Shown piece after piece: positions 36,608-44,872 of a DNA stretch of 64,000 nucleotides (positions within the stretch are counted from its first letter, which is position 1; each line of letters begins with the position of its first letter). The notes under the pieces were generated by a model. That model worked only from the letters and a program-made list of their open reading frames with translations. It had not been told where the DNA came from and made no database searches. The translations under genes and the position numbers were made by a program. This DNA comes from Poseidonia sp. (GTDB lineage: Archaea > Thermoplasmatota > Poseidoniia > Poseidoniales > Poseidoniaceae). The stretch lies in the NCBI GenBank assembly GCA_030827475.1, contig JAUREJ010000006.1:4024-68023 (forward strand). The letters are read 5' to 3'.

Positions 36608-38590
36608 TCATCGCCTCTTTCTTTTTGCCTTTGTTTGTTGGCGGTTGTTTGGGGAAGTTTCATTCGATTTCGATGATTGATTTAGCGAGGATTGGCTATC
36701 GATACTTAACCCATCAGAAGTTGAAGGGAATTGGATGCTTACTTCTGTATTCCTGAGAGTTGATGTATCCGACTTCTTTTCTGATGTCATTTGTTGTGTT
36801 TCTCCGCCAATCTTGAGGTTTGGTTTCCAGTATGGCGCACGATTCAAGATTTTTTCTTTCACTTCAATTTCAAGAACAGCATCAGATGAAAGCCCGCCTG
36901 TGTCCGTGACCCTTAACACACAATGATGGATGCCAACATCTTCAGTTGAAGGCGTACCGGCAATCAACCCTGCTTCTGTGATAAGAAGCCAATCAGGTGA
37001 AGAAACAAAGGTGAACTTGTGTGTGTCACCTTCATCATCATCCCCGACAAAAATCGAAAGGTCAAATTGAAACGCCTCACCTGTCGTTGCAACAGTAGGA
37101 GGCAAACGAGGTAATTCATCAGGAATTTCAACCTGAGGTTGATGAGTTTTGACTTCAACAACCGGTTCGGGTGGTGGTATGATTGGTTTAGGTTGTAGTG
37201 GTATGACAACAGGTTGAACAAATTCCTTCGCTTGTTTTGACGTAGAACTTAGTGTTGAAGATTTACTCATCGTTAAATTCAATTTCATTTCTTGCAAATT
37301 CTTAACTTGGTCGAGTATATTTGGTGAATGCTTCCACATAATCTTTGAACTGCCTTCGAAAGAGAGTGGGCCTTCGTGAACGAGGTGAATCCATTTTTGT
37401 TCTTGGAGGAGATCTAACACATGTTGTGGATGTGCTGCAAAAGCCATGAGTGAATTGACATCTGTCGTCTCGTCAGTAAGAATGTCAATGATTGCAGGAC
37501 CTTTGAATCCATCAATTGCCTGTACTTGCCATATGTAAGCAACTGCATCACTCCTTTTAATGGCAAGGGGGTCTTTTATCGGTGTCACGCCTTCCATGGC
37601 AATTTTGATGTTTGGAGTTTCACCTGGTAACGTTCGAACAATTGCCACAAGCGTTTGGAATGATGATCCACAGTAAAATCGAAGGTTGTCAATTTTTGCT
37701 AATACTTCTCCTGCAGAGAACGATGAGGTTTCTTCCATTGTTCGCTTTGAAGCAGATTCTTGTGACTGAATGTAACATCCTCTGCCTAGGTATCGATAAA
37801 GTCCAATTTGATGTATGGTGCTTAACCGTTGGAAACCGACTGATGGGAATGTTTGGGAGGCGAATTTAGAGGTAATTGAACTGCTTGAGATTTCGACATT
37901 CCCGTAATCGAGATGTTTACCTCCAAGGCCTTCGGCGGTGAAAGACTTTGTACCGAGGGGCACTTCTATTTCCACTAGATTTTCCTGTGGAGGTATTTCG
38001 AGGTCTTGCAGAATTCCACCAGCACCACGATGGAATGTAATTCGTACTGCTTGGTCACTTTGTATTGACAGAACGGGTGCATGGGCGAATTTCTCGTTTG
38101 AATACTCTTCTTGAAGTGCCCAAATTTGTCGTAGTCCGGGAATAAGTACTGCACCCTCGGATTGTATTGCTGTGGTCTGTTGTAACCGGTAACTATGGTT
38201 CTCTATAGAATGGCCTATCATGGATGGTGAAGGTTTTGTTTCGGTTGACTTTTTCCGCTCTTTGACAGGGACTTCGCCGACAAAGACAAGTGAATCATGA
38301 TGGTGAGATGAGACTTGCACCCGTGGGAGTTGTTCAGCATCAGGAATGTGTTGAACAGATGTCGTGCGTTGCTCTACCGCCTCGACATTCATTGTTTCCC
38401 CTGTACTAAGGACATTCACCAACTGAGGTGTGAGGGATGCAAGACCAGGTTGAATCGGTTGAGGTTGAATTTTTTTGACCACACTTTGCTTTTCCATAGC
38501 GTGTTCAACACCTATGCCTGCATACATTGACATGATCCTTGGAGGGGACCTCCTTTGGAGCAATCTTCGTTGATTGTTCGATGGTTTCAT
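36608..38590 (-). CDS. Island gene 5: 660-aa protein with one He_PIG / dystroglycan-cadherin-like Ig domain and a basic S/K-rich C-terminus
   Basis: ATGA overlap with the 2057-aa gene, with GGGGGTGA upstream. The segment TGEAFQFDLSIFVGDDDEGDTHKFTFVSSPDWLLITEAGLIAGTPSTEDVGIHHCVLRVTDTGGLSSDAVLEIEV fits the putative-Ig (LP.GL..d..tG.isGTP) pattern. Confidence 0.8.
   Translation of the reverse strand: MKPSNNQRRLLQRRSPPRIMSMYAGIGVEHAMEKQSVVKKIQPQPIQPGLASLTPQLVNVLSTGETMNVEAVEQRTTSVQHIPDAEQLPRVQVSSHHHDSLVFVGEVPVKERKKSTETKPSPSMIGHSIENHSYRLQQTTAIQSEGAVLIPGLRQIWALQEEYSNEKFAHAPVLSIQSDQAVRITFHRGAGGILQDLEIPPQENLVEIEVPLGTKSFTAEGLGGKHLDYGNVEISSSSITSKFASQTFPSVGFQRLSTIHQIGLYRYLGRGCYIQSQESASKRTMEETSSFSAGEVLAKIDNLRFYCGSSFQTLVAIVRTLPGETPNIKIAMEGVTPIKDPLAIKRSDAVAYIWQVQAIDGFKGPAIIDILTDETTDVNSLMAFAAHPQHVLDLLQEQKWIHLVHEGPLSFEGSSKIMWKHSPNILDQVKNLQEMKLNLTMSKSSTLSSTSKQAKEFVQPVVIPLQPKPIIPPPEPVVEVKTHQPQVEIPDELPRLPPTVATTGEAFQFDLSIFVGDDDEGDTHKFTFVSSPDWLLITEAGLIAGTPSTEDVGIHHCVLRVTDTGGLSSDAVLEIEVKEKILNRAPYWKPNLKIGGETQQMTSEKKSDTSTLRNTEVSIQFPSTSDGLSIDSQSSLNQSSKSNETSPNNRQQTKAKRKRR
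36860..37090 (-). other. He_PIG / cadherin-like Ig domain coding segment
   Basis: Located by back-translating HKFTFVSSPDWLLITEAGLI at 36961..37020. Confidence 0.6.
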
Positions 38591-41500
38591 CGCATCACCC
38601 CCGTTGTATTCGAAACTCGACTGATATCCCCCTTATTGGCGCCTTTCATTTGAAGATTCAAGTTTGCCGGAGCCGTTGTTGTGAACTTTGAATTCGCACC
38701 ATTGGAGACCTGCATTGTAGAACTTGATGCAGTAGGATATGTTCGAGTTGTTGCAGATGGTGTCTTTCGAACTGCACTTTGCTCGATTTGGTTTGAATTG
38801 AATCGTTGAATTGCTTCCAATTCTTCCATTCGCACAAAGTCTTCTGGGGTCATAATTTTCGAATGCTTTCTTTCAATTTCGTCAATTCGAACATCTTTCT
38901 TTAGTTCTAGTCTTAGCTTCTCTTCTTTTTGAGGTTTTGAACCACTGGATTGCTCGATATATCTTCGGAATGGTAGGTTGTGGACAAATTGTGATTTTTC
39001 GATTTGATTAATCGCCATCGTCTTCAACCATCCCTGAGGCTGTGCAACCGCCCTGAAAAGAGATGAACTACCAGAGAGGAATCGTGGCTGTTGAGGGCTT
39101 GGTGATTTCTTTGCTTTAGGTCGACCATTTGCATCTAAATCACAACGCCAGAGCGTTTCAGGGAAGAATGATGAATGACTAATGAATGAAATGCCATTTG
39201 GGAGTTGTACAGAAGAACCTTCCATTCCTGTGATATAAATCGAAAATGTTGGTTCTACATCATCTTCGATACCACATGGAGCGAGTTGAATATTGTCGAG
39301 TGTTTCTTCATTACGTTCCCTCCAACCAGAATCTATCTCAGAATACCCGTCTATTTGGTTCCATGTGTGCATTGCATGGTATTTTGCAGGGAAGAGGTGT
39401 TGGTGTGTAAGTTCAAACTCTGGCTCAACAACAAATGGTTTGTTCATCGAACCATCACCTTCCTCTCCATCATCGGGTCGGACGACTCCGCTCGGAATTT
39501 GTGAAGTAAATTGGCGTTCTGTGAATTTTTGGGAAAGTGAGGTGCTGTGTTCGGATTCAGGTAATTGCAATACATGTTTGTTGATGAATTCAGGCATGCC
39601 AATGGCTTTGAATGCTCTTGAACTATTTGCACCAAAACTAACCGTGAAGGAGATGATGTACCATTCAATTCGAGCTTTTCCACGCATCTTTGGTCCTTCA
39701 ATTTCCAAATCAGCACCCAAAGAAGCTTTCACAGTTCCGAGCCATGTTTTGTAGCGAACTGAAAGGCCGATATAGACTCGGAAACTGTAATAGAATGGAT
39801 CGAACACAACTAAAACATCCACGCCAGCTTTGAATGACGCCGTTAATGAACCCGATTTGAAACTAGCCTCGAATCCACCGCCTAGCATTACTGCTGACGT
39901 ACATACTGTGAAGTATGCACCACCTTTAATCGTCAATTTTGACATGGGTTTCCAACTAAAACCGAGTCGCGGGACAACTGGATAGTAACTTGGTGCCTTG
40001 AATTTTGGATGGTATCCTCCAAGAGACAAGAGGAATTCACCCCGCTTAAACCAACTAACGAGCGCAAAACCACCCGTAAGTCGACAACTCTTGTGGAATA
40101 AATACGATGCATCTGTGAGTTGAGCCTCAACCCAAAGCAACTGTTCCTGTGAATCAAAGTATGCCAAGAAGGCGAGTTCAACGTAGCCAATACCCAGTTC
40201 TTTTGTTGGTAGCGACATTGATGATAAACCAAGGATACCAATTGTGACACCATTTGATAACTTAACGAAGAGGACTCCTTTTGTTTCAAGCACCTGATAT
40301 GTGGTGAATTTCACCCCTATTGCAAACCATAGACTGTCTCGCTTCGCTGGTAAATCTGTGCGTATTTGTTCAAGTGCTCCCATCGGGTCATCTGCAAATC
40401 CTGAAAGTGTTCGCATGAAGATGCTGTTCGGGACATCAGCGACTTTTGGAACGACAAGGTCGCGATTGAGTCCCAAACCACCGGCGAGTCCAGTGACGAA
40501 AAATTCAGGAATACCACCTAGAGGATAGTCGATTGCAGCAATAACGAAACATGTTACATAAGAACCGTCGGTGCTAGGGATTCGTCCAAATGCACCAATC
40601 GCAGAAATGGATATTGTTGAGGTGCTAATCGTGCAAAGTCCTTGATATTCGATATACTTCTCATTGTCTCCACCACCCGGTACATCAAGTTCTTCTTTTC
40701 GAAGGGCCCCTGCAATTTTGAATGCTGGCCCGCTGTAAGCAAGAGCGCAACCCGCCATGTCATATTTCCATTCGCTGAAGTTGAGAGGCCGGAGAATTGG
40801 TATCGTTACGGACAAATCATCGACTTGTGCCAAAAATCCTGCAATTTCTGCCTCTCCATCGACAAGAATTTTCAAAGACGAATTATCATCAGCTGCAGTA
40901 ATTTTCACGCCGATTTGTGCAATCTTGATTGGACCAAACTGCTTGTTGATGACAAACCATGTTTCAAGTGACCCTGCGACATCAAAATCAACGGGATAAC
41001 CATCATATTTCATGACAGCCAAGTCGAACAATGGTTTGACATTACCGCTTCCTTCGCCATTTCCTGCGAGTACACCTGCAGCGAGTCCATTCCCTCCATC
41101 TTCCTTTCCATCTCCACCGAGTGAAATGCCAAAGTCGTCAAGGTCAAGTCGGCCACCTGCAATGAATCGTTTGGTGGCATCAGTTTCAGTAAATGTCATG
41201 TCGATGACGGTCGTTATACGAACAGCGTTGAGAAGGAGGAATGCATCCAAGAGTGGTTTGCGATCTAATTTAGTAAGCAACATCGAGAGGTACCCGATTT
41301 CAATGCTGAGGAATGGTTGGATGATGAGATTATGTTCGTCTAATGAATACTTTAAGAATTGAATATTGAGGCCGGGAACATATGTTTTCCCTGCACTACT
41401 AGGAACAATTGGTGTCGTGACATCATCAGATGTTCCGATGGTTAACAACAGCCCACCGATTTGGAGTTCTGTGTCTTGAAGGACATCGATACAAATGCCA

Positions 41501-44500
41501 ACAAGACTGAATCCCGTTGAGCCTTCCTCGTCCATAATTGTGAGTGACACTTCAAACAGGTCATCTCCTTCCGATCCACTTGAATCAGATGTTGTGGATT
41601 TTCGTTGATAGGTGAAGAGTTTGATTTTGTTTAAACTTTGAGAGGCTCTTTGAATACAAAAATGAACCATTTCAACGGCACCCTCAAGCAAAACATCGGT
41701 GGCTTTTCGAGGTTCAGTTGGAGTGTAATCTGATACAATTTGTTGAATTGAACGTATCGTGTATGTTCCCTGTGTGCCGCTTGCTGGTGCTGCAATATTC
41801 TCATTAGGATCATCTCCCCAAACATAGGCTTTCAAGTGTACAAGCCAATTACCTAAGATTGTCAATTCTTTAAACAAGACATTGTCGCCATCGTACAGTG
41901 GTGTATTGAGCACGTCTTGTACTGCTTGAAGATTTGAAAGAAAATCTAGAGCAGAATTTGCAGCACCGAGTGCTAATGCACCAAGATTTGGTAGACCCCA
42001 TCGAGTATCTTGAATCCACGGTGTTGAGTTCGGCAGCACCTTTGCCCAAAATGCGTTGACACCATCTCCTGTTTCTGGCATCATATCGGGATTGAGTTTT
42101 GAACTGATGTCCAATGTCAAGTTGCCTCCGCTTAATGAAAAGTGAATGCCAGGTTGAATTTGAAGTGGTGATTGAATGATGGGCAAATTTGTATATGTGT
42201 TCACAGAGACGAACGGCTCAAAGTCATGACCTGCAAATGGCAAACATGCCCCGAGTTCAGAATCAATCGTTAACGAAAGACCAGATGTCGCATCGAGAAT
42301 GATGTCATTTGAATACATGAGCCAAATTGCAAGGCAATCTGAATCTCTTCGCCCAAAGCACAATACTGCAGGGTCATACCACTCCCCAGTTGAATTCGTC
42401 AATGTGACTTCATACCTTTCATTTTGAGAATCATAGTTGATCGTAAAGAAATTGTTGACGGAATCTGGAATGGCGTGTCGGATGTGGCCACCAATTGCAA
42501 AAACGAATGCTCCAAGGCGTTGTTGATTGAAATAGGACTGAACATCTCCGCTACAGAGCTTTAGGTTGTCCATTTGGATTTGATTTGAATCCCAAAAGTC
42601 AATACTGGTAAGAAGGTCGATTAAGATTGATGAAACAGTGTGTTGAACTCCATTCTCGGTGTAGACGACATCTGTTAATGATAGGATAAATTCTGTGATA
42701 AAGATAGGAAGAATATTGTCTACGAAGTCTGCTAATATGTGTCGAAGGAACGCATTTACACCAGAGAGTGAAGGGAGAAGTTGTATCACAGAAGGAGATG
42801 AACTATCTGCTGGATTGAAATCGACTTCAAACGAGAGATTCACTTGATTATTCATCATGCCAAACCGAATCGTGAGTGTTGATGTTGCGAACAATCCGAT
42901 GAAATCTGCTAATGATTGGTTTCCAAGATTGGTAGGCAAGACTGAACCAATGTCGTATGTAAGTATACTTTGACTTCCATTCAAGTCGAAGGTTCCAGCG
43001 GGGTGCATCGTCAAAATGAGTTCTATTGAAGCATTGAGAGATGGTACACCAAAGAGTGAATCAGGAGTGCGAATTTTGAGTGAGAGCGAACCAGGAGCAA
43101 TTGGAGATTCACAAATTTCAATTTCAAATGCAATGGATTCTGCAATCCCAAGACCAATCACAACAGATGTAATCATCGAAGTTTCGTCACCAGGTACTTC
43201 ATATTCGACTACCATTTCTACAGGGAACAATGACAAAATTGCATGCGATAAATTCATCATTGTCTCCATATCAAAGACTGCTCCGTCATACAATGCATCT
43301 CTAAAATGTGCTTGAGGGTCAACGAATATGCCAAAGAGTGACCGTGAAGCCAAGGCCCAGTCTGAGGTACGCTGTGCAAGGTTGAGTTCGACAAATATTG
43401 TCGCAAGAGGTGAATCAGGTGAGAATTTTCGTAAAAATAATCTTTCGACTAAAAGTTGCAAGATATTATCCAAAAGGAGCCCTGGAATCATTGGGAGAAG
43501 GTTGTTTTGAACATCGGAGGCATCAAGTAAATCAATCGACGTTGGCGGATTCGTATTCCATTGAAGTCCACTTGAGTTGATCCATGGCAAAGTTGGCAGT
43601 GAAGGTAAATCAAGGTGCAGTGAGAATGAGGGTTGGATGCCCATCGTCATAGAGGCCCCTTGGAACATCCCTAAACTAGCGACATCAGCGGTCAGTGTGA
43701 GTTCAACATTGAAATGCTCGAACCAAACTTCAGGCTCAAAGAGTGGGATTTGGACAAATGCACTCAAGTCAAGCGGCCCGAGTGGGATGCCAACCATCCC
43801 AATCGATAAATCACCATACCGGCCAAGATTGACGTTGATTTGATACCCTTTGAACAACCCTGGTAATTTGAAATTGAGGTGGCCATCGAAAGGGTCATCT
43901 GGGTCATCAATATAGGTCATCCAAGGCGAAGATTCGGCTAAATGGTCGAACATTGCACGATTCGTTCTTGGTAATAATTTTCCAAAATCAATATCTCCGT
44001 TCGCGTTGGTCATCAAGTCCAAAATGTAAGCTTGAGGGTCTTGTACAAAGGTCAAAAGTGCTGGTCCATCGACCCACCAACGAAGTGTGCTATCTTGAGA
44101 CTGAGGGATGATCTCACTCATTGTCGTCTTGTACATGAGTCCTAACAGGTGCATTCCTTCAAAGAAGGCTTCCACCGCAGGGTTATCAATTTCAAGTGAG
44201 TATGTGGCCAAGAATGCATCAAGACATTCAACAGCACCTTCGAGAATAGTCTCTTGATTCAATACTATACGCCCTGGTATCGGAGCATCCCAATCCATGT
44301 GCCCCAGATATGAAGCATCGTTCAGGATGACTGACGTGTTCCATTCTTGTTGATTCCATGAAGCATCTACTTCTATAGAACGCAACCTATTGTCTTCTTC
44401 AGGGTGCCCAAATAGATATGTCTGGAAGTTGTTTTCATCTTGCTTCCACAACTCAGCTTGAAAGTGTACTGCCGGAGCTGGATGGGGTGGTTCGATTGCA

Positions 44501-44760
44501 TCATCGCCGGATAGGTTGATGTTCATGAGGTCAATTCGACACTGAAAGTCGACAACATGCCCCTCATTGTTATCATTCCCACCGATAGAATTGAGTTCGA
44601 AGCGGACTCCTACACCCGCATGAGTTGGAAGCGAGGCTGTTTCCTGTTCGATATTGAACGAGGAGTCAATGTTCTCCACAAGCTCACTGATGAGTTCCAT
44701 GCATGCATGAGACACAGTAGTTGTATGAAGCGTACTTGCAATGGCCAAACTCGGTATCAT
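38587..44760 (-). CDS. Island gene 4: 2057-aa giant protein; N-terminal 1,200 aa or so unassigned, C-terminal beta-rich module with GGYHP motif
   Basis: Uninterrupted 6.2-kb ORF with no signal peptide. GGGGGT lies upstream of the ATG. The C-terminal region is ...LTGGFALVSWFKRGEFLLSLGGYHPKFKAPSYYPVVPRLGFSWKP...FDPFYYSFRVYIGLSVRY... Confidence 0.85.
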   Translation of the reverse strand: MIPSLAIASTLHTTTVSHACMELISELVENIDSSFNIEQETASLPTHAGVGVRFELNSIGGNDNNEGHVVDFQCRIDLMNINLSGDDAIEPPHPAPAVHFQAELWKQDENNFQTYLFGHPEEDNRLRSIEVDASWNQQEWNTSVILNDASYLGHMDWDAPIPGRIVLNQETILEGAVECLDAFLATYSLEIDNPAVEAFFEGMHLLGLMYKTTMSEIIPQSQDSTLRWWVDGPALLTFVQDPQAYILDLMTNANGDIDFGKLLPRTNRAMFDHLAESSPWMTYIDDPDDPFDGHLNFKLPGLFKGYQINVNLGRYGDLSIGMVGIPLGPLDLSAFVQIPLFEPEVWFEHFNVELTLTADVASLGMFQGASMTMGIQPSFSLHLDLPSLPTLPWINSSGLQWNTNPPTSIDLLDASDVQNNLLPMIPGLLLDNILQLLVERLFLRKFSPDSPLATIFVELNLAQRTSDWALASRSLFGIFVDPQAHFRDALYDGAVFDMETMMNLSHAILSLFPVEMVVEYEVPGDETSMITSVVIGLGIAESIAFEIEICESPIAPGSLSLKIRTPDSLFGVPSLNASIELILTMHPAGTFDLNGSQSILTYDIGSVLPTNLGNQSLADFIGLFATSTLTIRFGMMNNQVNLSFEVDFNPADSSSPSVIQLLPSLSGVNAFLRHILADFVDNILPIFITEFILSLTDVVYTENGVQHTVSSILIDLLTSIDFWDSNQIQMDNLKLCSGDVQSYFNQQRLGAFVFAIGGHIRHAIPDSVNNFFTINYDSQNERYEVTLTNSTGEWYDPAVLCFGRRDSDCLAIWLMYSNDIILDATSGLSLTIDSELGACLPFAGHDFEPFVSVNTYTNLPIIQSPLQIQPGIHFSLSGGNLTLDISSKLNPDMMPETGDGVNAFWAKVLPNSTPWIQDTRWGLPNLGALALGAANSALDFLSNLQAVQDVLNTPLYDGDNVLFKELTILGNWLVHLKAYVWGDDPNENIAAPASGTQGTYTIRSIQQIVSDYTPTEPRKATDVLLEGAVEMVHFCIQRASQSLNKIKLFTYQRKSTTSDSSGSEGDDLFEVSLTIMDEEGSTGFSLVGICIDVLQDTELQIGGLLLTIGTSDDVTTPIVPSSAGKTYVPGLNIQFLKYSLDEHNLIIQPFLSIEIGYLSMLLTKLDRKPLLDAFLLLNAVRITTVIDMTFTETDATKRFIAGGRLDLDDFGISLGGDGKEDGGNGLAAGVLAGNGEGSGNVKPLFDLAVMKYDGYPVDFDVAGSLETWFVINKQFGPIKIAQIGVKITAADDNSSLKILVDGEAEIAGFLAQVDDLSVTIPILRPLNFSEWKYDMAGCALAYSGPAFKIAGALRKEELDVPGGGDNEKYIEYQGLCTISTSTISISAIGAFGRIPSTDGSYVTCFVIAAIDYPLGGIPEFFVTGLAGGLGLNRDLVVPKVADVPNSIFMRTLSGFADDPMGALEQIRTDLPAKRDSLWFAIGVKFTTYQVLETKGVLFVKLSNGVTIGILGLSSMSLPTKELGIGYVELAFLAYFDSQEQLLWVEAQLTDASYLFHKSCRLTGGFALVSWFKRGEFLLSLGGYHPKFKAPSYYPVVPRLGFSWKPMSKLTIKGGAYFTVCTSAVMLGGGFEASFKSGSLTASFKAGVDVLVVFDPFYYSFRVYIGLSVRYKTWLGTVKASLGADLEIEGPKMRGKARIEWYIISFTVSFGANSSRAFKAIGMPEFINKHVLQLPESEHSTSLSQKFTERQFTSQIPSGVVRPDDGEEGDGSMNKPFVVEPEFELTHQHLFPAKYHAMHTWNQIDGYSEIDSGWRERNEETLDNIQLAPCGIEDDVEPTFSIYITGMEGSSVQLPNGISFISHSSFFPETLWRCDLDANGRPKAKKSPSPQQPRFLSGSSSLFRAVAQPQGWLKTMAINQIEKSQFVHNLPFRRYIEQSSGSKPQKEEKLRLELKKDVRIDEIERKHSKIMTPEDFVRMEELEAIQRFNSNQIEQSAVRKTPSATTRTYPTASSSTMQVSNGANSKFTTTAPANLNLQMKGANKGDISRVSNTTGVMR
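39600..41200 (-). other. Beta-rich C-terminal module of the 2057-aa protein (possibly the Pfam DUF6603 family; recollection only)
   Basis: GGYHPKFK back-translated at about 39998..40030. Alternating hydrophobic beta-strand-like patterning runs throughout. The family assignment is from memory and was not checked. Confidence 0.35.
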
Positions 44761-44834
44761 GCCACAACCCCCAAACCTGTTATCGTTAGGTGACGTTCTC
44801 TTGAAAGTCTAGGGCTTGTGTACTCATCACTCAT
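44757..44834 (-). CDS. Candidate 25-aa micro-ORF immediately upstream of, and stop/start-overlapping, the 2057-aa gene
   Basis: Hand translation gives MSDEYTSPRLSRERHLTITGLGVVA. GGAGG (44847..44843) lies 8 nt upstream of ATG 44834. Its TGA overlaps the ATG of the 2057-aa gene (ATGA at 44757..44760). Confidence 0.35.
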   Translation of the reverse strand: MSDEYTSPRLSRERHLTITGLGVVA

Positions 44835-44872
44835 TATTCAATCCTCCTATTTTTCAAATACATGGCTAAATT

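Noticed and set aside
39293-39754. Plus-strand ORFs inside the island (for example 39293..39754, 46595..47098, 49430..49906, 33131..33568)
   Set aside because: All are antisense to the long, SD-preceded minus-strand genes. They are short, with low-complexity or Cys/Arg-rich products.
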